From an uncultured Candidatus Saccharibacteria bacterium (lineage in GTDB: Bacteria > Patescibacteriota > Saccharimonadia > Saccharimonadales > Saccharimonadaceae): a stretch of 64,000 bases of DNA. The DNA is taken from the NCBI GenBank assembly GCA_963525425.1, contig CAURII010000002.1, positions 145,259 to 209,258 of the forward strand, given 5' to 3'. Positions 49,662 through 59,635 of the stretch are shown here, piece by piece (the first letter of the stretch is position 1; each line of letters starts with the position of its first letter). Under the pieces are notes generated by a model. The model was not told the DNA's origin, made no database searches, and was given only the letters and a program-made list of their open reading frames with translations. The position numbers and the translations under genes were made by a program.

Positions 49662-51797
49662 GTGAAAATAGATATTCATTGTCATACTAAAAAGATTCGC
49701 AGTGGTGAGCCGGGGTCTCGTGCAGTAACAAAGGAAGTGTTCTTGAAAAGCATACAAGACGCGGGTGTTGACATAGTTACGATAACAAACCATGACGTTT
49801 TTGATAAAGAACAGTACGATGAGTTTGTTGAGTATGTAGGTAGTAACTTTCAAATATGGCCCGGGATTGAACTAGACACTAGCCGTAATAGAAACAATTT
49901 TCATCTTATTTTAGTGGGCGACCCAGACGATGTGGATGTGTTTGATGAAAAAGTAAAACAGCTTACTAATGGTAGGTCTGGTGATTTCACGATAGAATTA
50001 GATAATATAATTAACCATTTTTCAGGCGAGAATATTCTCTATATCCCGCATTTTGGCAGTAAAAGGCCTGCCATATCAGAGGAGAATCTGGTGTATCTCA
50101 AGGATAAACTTCGTGAAAAATCATCTCGAGTTATAGTAGAGGATACAAATATTCGTTCCGCAGGAATTCTTACTAGTCATGGATTCAATGCTATAACTGG
50201 TAGCGATGTGAGAGATTGGGATAACTACAGTGGTTGTGAAGTATCGAGCTTAAGACTTCCGATTAATACATTTAAACAATTTTGTCTTTTTTTAGATAGA
50301 GATAAGTCAACCATAGAGACAATGTTAAATAAAACCCCCAGATATGAGTACACAGGCAGACCTAAAGAAGACGATCCTAGTATTACAATACCAGTCAAAT
50401 TATACAATGAAGTGAATATACTTTTTGGAGACAAAGGTCTTGGTAAAACCAATATTCTTAAAAGCGTGGGAATAGAAGCTGAAGCGGGTGGTAAGGAAGT
50501 ATCAACATATATTGCTAGTGAGAAAGATGATTATTTTAATGAGCTTCTTGATATTTCTGATATGAAAAGAACTGCTAGTAAATTGAGTATGGACGCATGT
50601 GAAGAAGAATTTGCATGCATAAAGCAATGGAGTGACAAAACGCCCACATCACTTCAGCTCTATGCTGATTATGCTAAATCAGCCGAAACGCGTAGAGCTA
50701 AAAATAAAATTCAATTATCGGAAACAGAGCTGCTTGATGATTATGATAGTAGAAAGCTAAAGAAAGTAATTAATGATAGAGATAAATACAAGGAATATGC
50801 ACAATCTATAAAGCAAATAGCTGTCCGTTATGTAAGCGACCATGAACTGACTAGTTTTGAAGGGGCGATTGATGGTCTCTATGGCAAAATATCCGAGAAA
50901 GTTAAAGATGAATTAACCTTGAAATATGTAACCCAGCTATATAACCATACAATTGATTTTATCAAGGATAAGGTGTCTGACAAAACTGGTACAGTGCCAA
51001 AACCTGATTCTCCAGGATTTACGCAATATGCTATGAATAAACTTGAGCTTAAACAGTCACTAGATAAAATTACAGATTTTCTTAAGTTGAAAGATAAAAA
51101 AGAAACCAAATCGTTTAAGATAGGTGAACTGGGTGATAAAGGCGACTTATATATCCAAAAGGAGTGGAGTATGTTTGATGATACAGGGCGTGATAAGTAT
51201 AAGGGTTCCCCCGTCAAAATAAAAGAATTAAAAACCGCTAGAGAAGCTTTAAACAATATGAAAGATGGAGTGTTTTCTGATGGTATAAAAGATGCACTTG
51301 ATAATTGTAGAAGTAGTCTTAGTCAAATCAACAGCTTAGATGTGTTTGTGGGGTTAAGAAAATACCCAACCCTTAATAACGATGGAAAAGAATATTCTCC
51401 GTCTAACGGTGAAAAGGCGATAATTGCAATTCAGCGGGCACTAGATTGCAAGGCGGATTTCTATGTCTTGGATGAGCCTGAGTTAAGTCTAGGGGGAGAA
51501 TATATAGATAATGTCATTAGAGAGAAAATAAGCAAGCTTGGTAGGGCAAAAAAGACAGTCTTTATAGCGACACATAATGCTAATATGGCCGTCAGAACCT
51601 TGCCGTATACCTCTATATATCGAAAATATGATAAAGGGGAATATAAGACATACGTAGGCAACCCATTTACAAATAAACTATTAAATATTAACGATGAGAA
51701 TGATGCGTTGTCTTGGAGAGAAGAAAGTATGCGTACTCTTGAAGGTGGAGAAGCAGCGTTTAAGAATAGAGGGGAAATATATGAATCAGGCAAGTAA
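49662..51797 (+). CDS. PHP phosphoesterase fused to ABC-type ATPase (Ppl/TrlF-like)
   Basis: DIHCHT, ITNHD, GIE, IPH, TGSD; Walker A GDKGLGKT; SNGEK; VLDEPE; IATHNAN; LEGGE.AF..R...Y. Confidence 0.85.
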   Translation: MKIDIHCHTKKIRSGEPGSRAVTKEVFLKSIQDAGVDIVTITNHDVFDKEQYDEFVEYVGSNFQIWPGIELDTSRNRNNFHLILVGDPDDVDVFDEKVKQLTNGRSGDFTIELDNIINHFSGENILYIPHFGSKRPAISEENLVYLKDKLREKSSRVIVEDTNIRSAGILTSHGFNAITGSDVRDWDNYSGCEVSSLRLPINTFKQFCLFLDRDKSTIETMLNKTPRYEYTGRPKEDDPSITIPVKLYNEVNILFGDKGLGKTNILKSVGIEAEAGGKEVSTYIASEKDDYFNELLDISDMKRTASKLSMDACEEEFACIKQWSDKTPTSLQLYADYAKSAETRRAKNKIQLSETELLDDYDSRKLKKVINDRDKYKEYAQSIKQIAVRYVSDHELTSFEGAIDGLYGKISEKVKDELTLKYVTQLYNHTIDFIKDKVSDKTGTVPKPDSPGFTQYAMNKLELKQSLDKITDFLKLKDKKETKSFKIGELGDKGDLYIQKEWSMFDDTGRDKYKGSPVKIKELKTAREALNNMKDGVFSDGIKDALDNCRSSLSQINSLDVFVGLRKYPTLNNDGKEYSPSNGEKAIIAIQRALDCKADFYVLDEPELSLGGEYIDNVIREKISKLGRAKKTVFIATHNANMAVRTLPYTSIYRKYDKGEYKTYVGNPFTNKLLNINDENDALSWREESMRTLEGGEAAFKNRGEIYESGK

Positions 51798-52101
51798 TGA
51801 TAGTTCAGAAGTAGTGAAGATAGAAACAAGACTTTTTCAGGAAGATGGTATTTGTAAGTTAGAATTTATATTTCCAAGCGACGATAAGATAATCATAGAC
51901 ACTGAAGAGCCAGATACTCAAAAAAATTTGAAGGGAGTTTTTAACAAAATAATAGAATTGTTATTGGAAAAAGATGTTGAGATCAAAGATCTCCAGAAGG
52001 ATGGTGGTTCTGAGATGGCTAAAGAGGTATTTAGTGACTATATAGAGTCTCTAAAGAAAGAAGTTCAGGATATACGGGATAAGATAAAAAGCAGTCTATA
52101 G
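51781..52101 (+). CDS. Small acidic hypothetical protein overlapping the PHP-ATPase stop
   Basis: 106 aa from ATG 51781 with SD GAGGGG; equally AT-rich. Confidence 0.65.
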   Translation: MNQASNDSSEVVKIETRLFQEDGICKLEFIFPSDDKIIIDTEEPDTQKNLKGVFNKIIELLLEKDVEIKDLQKDGGSEMAKEVFSDYIESLKKEVQDIRDKIKSSL

Positions 52102-52155
52102 CTGGAGGCTGCGCCGGGTTGCTTCCACGGGCCTTTATTGTTTACTGCCGGATTG

Positions 52156-53589
52156 CTAATTCAACCGCTGTATCGTCACAAACGAATATCCCTGCTGCTT
52201 CAGTGCACTGAGGATACACGGTACGGCACCGACTGAGGTTTGGTGAATGTCGTGCATCAAGATGACGGCTCCAGGGTGAGCGCCAGCGACGGCGCGCGAA
52301 CAGACAATGTTGCTATTGCGATCAGCCCAGTCCCGCGTGTCGACCGACCACAAGATTGATGACATACCGCGCAGACGAATCTGTTCCAGGACAACACCAT
52401 TGACGGCACCATAAGGCGGGCGCAGGATACTCGGCTTGACCCCAGTAGCTTGTCTGATGGCTTCGTTGGTACGGTCGATTTCGCTGGCAATTTGGTCAAC
52501 GGGCAGCTTAGGCAGTTCCGGGTGCGACCATGAATGATTGCCTAATTGATGGCCGCGCGCGTGCATGCGCCGCAGTACATCGGCTTGCGCGGAGACTTTG
52601 CTACCAATCAAGAAGAAGGTGGCTTTAGCACCATGCTGATCCAAAATATCCAATAGCTGCGCAGTGTACGGTCCCGGCCCGTCGTCAAAGGTTAAGGCAA
52701 TCACTTTACCCCCAGAATTCGCGGCTGGCGGCGCGGCGGGCGCTGGATTTGGTTTTGGTTCTGGCGGCTTGGGAATGTTAGCCAGCTTCCGGGCTGTCGG
52801 ATTTTGCAGATATTTGGCAACAGCGGCGATCGGCACTTTGATCGTCATTTCGCCGTAGGCTGACGGCAAGAGCGACGCCTGTCCAATTGGCCAAGCTAAA
52901 CTATTGCCGCCATCGGTAATAACGAAATTCGATAGCGTTTCTTGGGTAATCGTTTCATTAAGATCCAGTTCTGCTTGCCGGCGCTGCTTGATAGTTTCCT
53001 TAATATTATTTCGGGCAGCCGCCACGATTTCCTCAGTCGCTTTCTCTGATTGCTCGGTCAAATCATTCAAACTAATCACCTCGCCAGATTTTTTATCAAA
53101 CGTCCAAAAATGCGTCAACGACACCGGATGCGCGCCGTGCATGTCTTGCTTGATATTGACAATAATCGATAAAGCTACCGAATTATTATGCGTCACTTGG
53201 TAACTAATCGTCTCGGTCAGCGGCTGGTCGAACGTCGTTGCCAAAAGAACAGCGCCACGAAAATTACGATCAGTCTTGTCGATCGCATTAGCAATAGTAT
53301 GATTAATTTTTTCATTTTTTGTGACTGGATATTCAATTGAAACCTTTTCTCGAGCAGTATTCCTGGTTACAAATTTGGAACGGATACCGGCATAGCGTGA
53401 ATCGGCAAAGTAATATTTTTCATCGGAAGGCGCGGTTGTTCTCTGCGAATTTAGCCAATTGAGATAATATATCCCGAATAATCCTGTCAAAAATAGTACA
53501 ATTATAAGAATTCCGATAAATAGATGTTTTGGAGAAGTCGATTGCTGCTTTTTAGCTTGGCGGTTTACTTTTTTCTTTTGAACTCGCAT
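52156..53589 (-). CDS. Membrane-anchored polysaccharide deacetylase (CE4, PgdA-like)
   Basis: TFDDGP, HSWSHP, RPPYG, DTRDW, LMHDIH; N-terminal TM and Pro-rich linker. Confidence 0.9.
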   Translation of the reverse strand: MRVQKKKVNRQAKKQQSTSPKHLFIGILIIVLFLTGLFGIYYLNWLNSQRTTAPSDEKYYFADSRYAGIRSKFVTRNTAREKVSIEYPVTKNEKINHTIANAIDKTDRNFRGAVLLATTFDQPLTETISYQVTHNNSVALSIIVNIKQDMHGAHPVSLTHFWTFDKKSGEVISLNDLTEQSEKATEEIVAAARNNIKETIKQRRQAELDLNETITQETLSNFVITDGGNSLAWPIGQASLLPSAYGEMTIKVPIAAVAKYLQNPTARKLANIPKPPEPKPNPAPAAPPAANSGGKVIALTFDDGPGPYTAQLLDILDQHGAKATFFLIGSKVSAQADVLRRMHARGHQLGNHSWSHPELPKLPVDQIASEIDRTNEAIRQATGVKPSILRPPYGAVNGVVLEQIRLRGMSSILWSVDTRDWADRNSNIVCSRAVAGAHPGAVILMHDIHQTSVGAVPCILSALKQQGYSFVTIQRLN

Positions 53590-53682
53590 AGATATAGTAT
53601 AGCACTAGTGTGGTTTGTTATAATCAGCAGTAGCGGAGGATGGTCGGATTAAGATCGGCCAAATTGGCAGAAAGGAATTTAT

Positions 53683-54447
53683 ATGGCTCAACTCGAACCA
53701 ATCATAACAGTCAATCAGCTCGTCAAAACCTACAGCGGCAAAAATGTTGTTGATGGCGTGTCGTTTGAGGTCAAGAAAGGCGAGATCTTTGGCATCCTTG
53801 GCCCGAATGGCGCCGGCAAGACGACGACGCTAGAGATGCTGGAGGCTCTCCGGCCGATTGACGGCGGTACGGCGACTATCGACGGGATTGATGTTGCTAA
53901 GCAGCCGAAGCATATTAAAAACATCATTGGTATCCAGCTGCAATCGACGATGTTTTATGACAAGCTGACCCTGCGTGAACAATTGAAAATGTTTGCTAGT
54001 CTGTACGGACAAACGGTCGACGCCGACGCACTGCTCGCCAAGGTGCAATTGACCGACAAAGCCAAAAGCTACGTCGAGCAGCTCTCGGGCGGGCAAAAGC
54101 AGCGCTTCGCCATCGCTTCGACGCTGGTCAATAACCCGACGGTGCTATTCCTTGACGAGCCGACCACTGGGTTGGATCCCCAGGCTCGCCGCAATCTCTG
54201 GGATTTGATCAAAGAGATTCGCGATGAAGGTATTACTATCGTGCTGACCACGCATTACATGGACGAGGCCGAGCTGCTGTGCGACCGCTTGGCGATTATG
54301 GACAATGGTAAAATCATCACCATTGATACGCCGCATAATCTGATCCAGCAACTACTGGCGCGCGGCTTCAAGAAAAAGCAAGTTGTCGAGCAGGCCAATT
54401 TGGAGGACGTATTTATTGACTTAACAGGAAAGGCGATTCGGGATTAG
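53683..54447 (+). CDS. ABC transporter ATP-binding protein
   Basis: GPNGAGKTT, LSGGQKQR, LDEPTTGLDP, TTHYMDEA. Confidence 0.95.
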   Translation: MAQLEPIITVNQLVKTYSGKNVVDGVSFEVKKGEIFGILGPNGAGKTTTLEMLEALRPIDGGTATIDGIDVAKQPKHIKNIIGIQLQSTMFYDKLTLREQLKMFASLYGQTVDADALLAKVQLTDKAKSYVEQLSGGQKQRFAIASTLVNNPTVLFLDEPTTGLDPQARRNLWDLIKEIRDEGITIVLTTHYMDEAELLCDRLAIMDNGKIITIDTPHNLIQQLLARGFKKKQVVEQANLEDVFIDLTGKAIRD

Positions 54448-54448
54448 T

Positions 54449-55567
54449 ATGAAAAAATATTGGACTGGTGTATTCGGGCAAGTACGCGCCCAGCAAAAAC
54501 GCTTTATCCGCGATAAAATGTCGCTGTTCTTTACCTTCCTGTTTCCGCTCATCTTCTTGTTGGTGTTCGGTTCGATTTTTAATAATCAATCGACCAGCTT
54601 TGACATCGCGATTATCAATAATTCGCAGACGGAATTTGCTAAAAACTTCGTCAAAGGCGCCAAAGACAATGCCAAAGACTCGATTCTCAAAATTAAAGAT
54701 GTCAAGGATATGAACGAGGCTCGTGAGAAGATGAAGCGTTCGGAGCTGAACGGTATCATTGAACTGCCCAGCGATTTTGGCGAAGTGAAGGGTGAGGGCA
54801 AGGATGCTCGCCCGACTGGCACAATCAACGTGCTGTACGCCAAAGGTTCTGAGCAAACTGGTAGCGCTCTGACAGCGGTGATGAATCAGATTGCCAATGA
54901 AATAAACAAGCACTTGGGCCAGCCAGAAGCACCGCTCAAGGCTGCTGGCAAACCTGTCGGCGATGAGCAGTTGAAAGCTTTTGATTATACATTCACTGGA
55001 CTGTTGGCATTTAGTTTAATGAGTATGGGCATCTTTGGTCTGGCCAATCAGATGCCGGCCGAAAAACAGCGTGGCTCCTACCGCCGACTGCGTGCGGCGC
55101 CGTTTACCTCGGGTCAGCTGATTATTTCTATGGCGATTCACTACACGATTATTTCGCTGCTTAGCCTGACTATGATGGTTGTCGTTGGCATGTTGATGTT
55201 CCAATTTAATATGCGCGGCGATTGGGGGCTCTTTGTCCTTATGGCGGTGCTGGCGGCCTTTATGATGGTAGGCTTGGGCCTGTTGATCGGCGGCTGGGCA
55301 AAGAACGAAAATCAGTCCGCACCGCTGAGCAACTTACTTTCTTTCCCGATGATGTTCTTGTCTGGTGCATTCTTCCCGCTGTACATGTTCCCAGAGTGGT
55401 TACGCGGTGCCGCCCAGTTTATCCCGATGACGCCAATTACTGATGGCTTCCGCCTGATCATGACCGAGCACGCTAGTCTCATCGAAGTCTTGCCGCAAAT
55501 CGGCGCCGTCGCCGCCTGGACTCTCGTTATCTACATCGCGGCGATTAAGCTGTTTCGGTGGGAGTAG
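54449..55567 (+). CDS. ABC-2 transporter permease
   Basis: FFTFLFPLIF, large loop, FPMMFLSG.FFP, FRWE. Confidence 0.9.
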   Translation: MKKYWTGVFGQVRAQQKRFIRDKMSLFFTFLFPLIFLLVFGSIFNNQSTSFDIAIINNSQTEFAKNFVKGAKDNAKDSILKIKDVKDMNEAREKMKRSELNGIIELPSDFGEVKGEGKDARPTGTINVLYAKGSEQTGSALTAVMNQIANEINKHLGQPEAPLKAAGKPVGDEQLKAFDYTFTGLLAFSLMSMGIFGLANQMPAEKQRGSYRRLRAAPFTSGQLIISMAIHYTIISLLSLTMMVVVGMLMFQFNMRGDWGLFVLMAVLAAFMMVGLGLLIGGWAKNENQSAPLSNLLSFPMMFLSGAFFPLYMFPEWLRGAAQFIPMTPITDGFRLIMTEHASLIEVLPQIGAVAAWTLVIYIAAIKLFRWE

Positions 55568-55573
55568 CTTGAT

Positions 55574-56458
55574 ATGAGCGAGCTAAGTGTGATGATAGCG
55601 CTGGTATCCTTACTTTTAGCTTGTTTTGGGGCGTTGAAAATAAAATCATTTATGTCGTGGCGCGATACATTCTTAGGCATAGGAGCGATATTTATCGGGT
55701 TTGTAATAGTTTATTTCGGTGATTCTACGATGTTCACTGGTGCCATGATAGAGATGTTTATCATTGCATCTATGACTTTGGTAGCCTTTCGGCTAATTCA
55801 TATGCGGTGGGGTATGGAAAACTATGATTCAGTTCGATATTATAGAATTACCATGAACAGAAAACAGAAAATAATTTTAGCTATTGTCTTGGTTACACTA
55901 ATTGGTGGTCTGTTTGGGCTATCGTATTGGATAAAACATAATCGTAATATAAAAAACACGAGAGACCAATCTCAGATCATGTCCGACGCTGCCAAATTCA
56001 AATCAGAGTACCCGCGAGTGGCGGCGAATAATCGCTTCGTTTATGCCAGCGATAAAGAAGTCCTCGATATTTTTGATAACGGCAGCGGCGTAGTTTTTTT
56101 GGGCTTTCCGCAATGTCCGTGGTGCCAGCATTTGAGCGAACACGTTGACCGGGCAGCTCGGGCTGAAGGTATTGATAAAATATACTATTTGAATATTCGC
56201 GATGCCCGCGCCAATAACAGCGAAGTTTACCAAAAATTGGTCAAGAAACTAGAGCCATACCTAGACAAAGATGATAACGGCAAGCCACGAATATTTGTAC
56301 CGGATGTTTCGATTGTCAAGAAAGGCAAGATTATCGGCCGCTACAAAGAGGAGTCAACTGGCGACGATAACATCACGCCAGATAAATACTGGACGAGTGA
56401 AAGGATTGAACGAACATCGTCGCAGCTGCGCGGATTTATGCGGCAGCTGAAAGGTTAA
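55574..56458 (+). CDS. Membrane-anchored thioredoxin-fold protein (CPWC)
   Basis: LGFPQCPWCQ, IYYLNI, FVP; N-terminal TM segments. Confidence 0.7.
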   Translation: MSELSVMIALVSLLLACFGALKIKSFMSWRDTFLGIGAIFIGFVIVYFGDSTMFTGAMIEMFIIASMTLVAFRLIHMRWGMENYDSVRYYRITMNRKQKIILAIVLVTLIGGLFGLSYWIKHNRNIKNTRDQSQIMSDAAKFKSEYPRVAANNRFVYASDKEVLDIFDNGSGVVFLGFPQCPWCQHLSEHVDRAARAEGIDKIYYLNIRDARANNSEVYQKLVKKLEPYLDKDDNGKPRIFVPDVSIVKKGKIIGRYKEESTGDDNITPDKYWTSERIERTSSQLRGFMRQLKG

Positions 56459-57339
56459 TTTTCTGGGTTAGCGTCGTCTTTTGGCTGTTGTTTATCGCTT
56501 TTGCGCTGGCGTTTCGGTTGGATGCCGACCAGATAACTCCCAATCGTCCAGCCTTTAGCGATTCTCGGTATGATAAACAACTGAATAATAATCCAGACGC
56601 CCAGCTCTGTAAGATAGAACCTACCAGGCTGTATGGTGTCTATGAAAAACGGATAAACTAGCGACCGGGTAACTACTGAGGCGAAGATAATAAGGGCTAT
56701 ATTGATGCAGCTAGCTAAGAATTTATTGCGGCGATTAGGAGCGGCGTAGTTTTCGTCGCTGAGTTTGACGCTGGGAACTTTATAGCCGATTAGCCATGTC
56801 AACATAAATCCGAGCAAGCAGCCAAAGGTATTGGTTATTAAATCATTAACATCAAACAGCCGATAACTGCAAGGATATAAACCGAACACGCCAGTTAGTT
56901 GCGTCACTTCTATTAGCATCGATAAAAGAAAGCCGCTTAGCAGCGCAAATTTCCAATGCTTGTGAAAATACGCTTTCATAAAAATGCCCAGCGGCACGAA
57001 GAAAACGATATTCATAACTAATTGCAATGTGATATATAGAGTATCTTTGTTAGGCTGAACGACGTCGTTAATCCAGTTGAAGGGGATAAGCTGCGGCTGG
57101 ATATGATATGTTTGGCAAAAGGCAATCGGGTCTTTTGGTACTGGCGATAGCGTAAAAAAGATTAGCCCCGTGAAATAGAGAATTGAGCCGTAGGAAAAGA
57201 ATACATACGACCACGTTACGCGCCGGCGCATGATTAGCCGGGAAATAATGAATGGTATGGTCAAGAGGATGCATAAAAAAGGCCAGAAAGTTAAAGATCC
57301 GATCAGCGGCGCTGAAAATGAATTGAGAAATTTTAGCAT
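56455..57339 (-). CDS. VanZ-family membrane protein
   Basis: QLIPF, NIVFFVPLG, S..IE.TQL.G, RLFDVNDLITNT.G. Confidence 0.88.
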   Translation of the reverse strand: MLKFLNSFSAPLIGSLTFWPFLCILLTIPFIISRLIMRRRVTWSYVFFSYGSILYFTGLIFFTLSPVPKDPIAFCQTYHIQPQLIPFNWINDVVQPNKDTLYITLQLVMNIVFFVPLGIFMKAYFHKHWKFALLSGFLLSMLIEVTQLTGVFGLYPCSYRLFDVNDLITNTFGCLLGFMLTWLIGYKVPSVKLSDENYAAPNRRNKFLASCINIALIIFASVVTRSLVYPFFIDTIQPGRFYLTELGVWIIIQLFIIPRIAKGWTIGSYLVGIQPKRQRKSDKQQPKDDANPEN

Positions 57340-58055
57340 TAATTAACGCCGCCAGCCTTCAAGATCGCCTTTAGCCCATTCTCGCCGCCGGCAAAGCCGC
57401 TGGTTTGGTAATCATTGATGACCATGTACGGCAATCCGTTCACGCCAAGCGACAGGGCTTTTTGCGTGTTATTGTTGATTTCTTGTTGATGGGAGTCGCC
57501 TTTCATACAGTCGGCGAACTTGGCGGTGTCCAGGCCGGCGTTTTTGGCAGATGTTTCGAAGTAGCTTATAGGTAGCAGCGGGATTTCTTTTGGTACAGCG
57601 ACGTTTTTGACACCGATGCCTTTATCGAAGTAGTCCATTTTAATACGCGGTACGATGTCGTGAGTGTATTGCCAATATTTATCCTGGTCGGCGGCGCAGA
57701 AGGCGGCTTTAGCGCCTTGTTCGGTGTTTGGTACTTTATCCTTTAGCAAAGTGACTATTCGGTGTTCGTAGCGTAATTTGCCGGATTTGATATAGTCGTT
57801 TTTGAAAGAATCACTGCTGGTAGCGTCTTCAACCTGGGCGCAGAACGAGCAGAAATAATCGGTGTAATCGATAAACACATTTTTCGCATCTGCTGAGCCT
57901 TGCGACATATGTTCGTTCCATGGTTTACCGTTTCCGATATGCTGATTCGGCGGCCGATTGACGATGCCGTAGATAAATAAAGCGACGATGCCGATGACGA
58001 TGATCGATAAAACAATCCAAATTGGGGCAATGCCGCGTTCTTGTTGATGACTCAT
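57339..58055 (-). CDS. DsbA-family thiol-disulfide oxidoreductase
   Basis: G..DAK, YTDYFCSFC, AAFCAADQ.KYW.Y, GVNGLP; N-terminal TM. Confidence 0.85.
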   Translation of the reverse strand: MSHQQERGIAPIWIVLSIIVIGIVALFIYGIVNRPPNQHIGNGKPWNEHMSQGSADAKNVFIDYTDYFCSFCAQVEDATSSDSFKNDYIKSGKLRYEHRIVTLLKDKVPNTEQGAKAAFCAADQDKYWQYTHDIVPRIKMDYFDKGIGVKNVAVPKEIPLLPISYFETSAKNAGLDTAKFADCMKGDSHQQEINNNTQKALSLGVNGLPYMVINDYQTSGFAGGENGLKAILKAGGVN

Positions 58056-58654
58056 GATTTTTCCTCCTGTTTGGCTAATTGTGCATAAACGAATGCGATT
58101 TGTCCAGATTTGTAAAGCGACGCTAGGCTAAGTACAAGTGCTAAGATGAGTACGATAGTGCCGGCAACATTGGCAGCGGTGGCAGCCGCTGCGCCCGAGA
58201 AAAACAGAGTAACAATTGGCAAGATTAACGAGGTGCCGCACGGTACGCAGCCGAGGCCGATAGCAGCAGCGATCGAGGCAATACCGCTGACGCTGAGTTG
58301 GCGGGCTACATCTTGTTCGTTGCGTTTGTTGCGTCGTGCTGTAAATATTACAACTGAAAGCGATAAGCCTTGTAGAATAGAGACGATTAGCAGCAGCGCG
58401 CCGTTTGGCGTGGTGAAACCTTGCTTGAATAGCTCGGCGAGCATGTTACCAGCAACAGCGAATTTATCGACAATTGATAGCCGTGACAAAAATAACGGTC
58501 CATAAAAATTGCCGTTAATCGCAAAGAAAATAACAATGGCAAATAGCAAAGAAAACCCCGCCGCCAGCACGCTGTAGCGCGGCAATTTCAATAGCGCGCC
58601 GATACCAGCGACGGCAGTTTTGACAGTTTCTTTTTGCTGTCGAATACGCTCCAT
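58052..58654 (-). CDS. Hypothetical membrane protein with GCxxCG motif
   Basis: About 4 TM; AIGLGCVPCGTS; coupled to the DsbA gene. Confidence 0.65.
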   Translation of the reverse strand: MERIRQQKETVKTAVAGIGALLKLPRYSVLAAGFSLLFAIVIFFAINGNFYGPLFLSRLSIVDKFAVAGNMLAELFKQGFTTPNGALLLIVSILQGLSLSVVIFTARRNKRNEQDVARQLSVSGIASIAAAIGLGCVPCGTSLILPIVTLFFSGAAAATAANVAGTIVLILALVLSLASLYKSGQIAFVYAQLAKQEEKS

Positions 58655-58744
58655 ATGATTCTTATTATACGCTAAAATTTGGAGAATTGGACTATCCTTG
58701 GTTCTTTGTTCTTGGGGCAGGAGGTGGTATTCTGTATGTAAATT

Positions 58745-59512
58745 ATGTTGTTAACTTTTGATACTTCCTTAGCCGTCAGATATACTAGTGCCTCGCAAAA
58801 GGTGCGTGTTTTGACCGAGGATTGGGTTGAGCGAATGATTTTTTGTCCGAATTGCGGCCAAGATCATCTCGTAAATTATGAAAACAATCGTCCGGTAGCA
58901 GATTTCTATTGCCAAAATTGCCAAGAAGATTTCGAGTTGAAAAGTAAGAACGGTAAAATTGACAAGAAAATTGTTGATGGGGCATACGAAACAATGATTA
59001 AGCGTTTGCAATCGGACAATAATCCTAATTTCTTTTTGCTGGGTTATACGTCGGGCTATTCCGTCTGTAATTTTGTGGTTATCCCGAAGCAATTTTTTAC
59101 TCCGAGCATTATTGAGCGACGGAAACCTTTAGTCAAGACGGCTCGCCGGGCTGGGTGGATTGGCTGTAATATTCTACTCAGCAGTATCCCAGATTCTGGC
59201 AAAATATACTTGGTTCGTGATGGGGCGGTGATTCCGCGGAGTACAGTCTTAACGAAATGGCGGAAAACACTATTTCTGCGCGAGGAAAATAAAATGTCAG
59301 TGCGGGGCTGGATGCTTGATACTATGCGGTGCATTGAAAAGGTCGATCGGGCTGATTTTACACTTGACGATATGTATGCTTTTGAGAGTGAACTGGCGGC
59401 TGCCCATCCAGAGAATAACCATATTAAAGATAAAATTAGACAACAGCTGCAAATGTTACGCGATAAAGGCTACATTGATTTTGTCTCGCGCGGACATTAT
59501 CGTTTGATTTGA
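58745..59512 (+). CDS. DpnI-family (Dam-replacing) methyl-directed restriction endonuclease
   Basis: YTSASQK.RVLTE.W, CPNCG, NN.PVADFYC..C, ELKSK, DGAY.TM, ARRAGW.GC, N.HIKDKIRQQLQ.LRDKG. Confidence 0.92.
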   Translation: MLLTFDTSLAVRYTSASQKVRVLTEDWVERMIFCPNCGQDHLVNYENNRPVADFYCQNCQEDFELKSKNGKIDKKIVDGAYETMIKRLQSDNNPNFFLLGYTSGYSVCNFVVIPKQFFTPSIIERRKPLVKTARRAGWIGCNILLSSIPDSGKIYLVRDGAVIPRSTVLTKWRKTLFLREENKMSVRGWMLDTMRCIEKVDRADFTLDDMYAFESELAAAHPENNHIKDKIRQQLQMLRDKGYIDFVSRGHYRLI

Positions 59513-59577
59513 TTAATAAGATAATCAATTACACTGACATGCGATTTAAGTAATTTGCATGTAGAGTAGATATAAAC

Positions 59578-59629
59578 TATACACCGAGTGTATAAAACTC
59601 TTGCAATAACTAAACACTGGGTGTATAGT
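59578..59629 (+). promoter_or_regulatory. Two palindromic PadR-type operators overlapping a promoter
   Basis: TATACAC-CGA-GTGTATA (59578) and TAAACAC-TGG-GTGTATA (59611); TTGCAA (59601) - 17 bp - TATAGT (59624). Confidence 0.7.
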
Positions 59630-59635
59630 CAGAGT

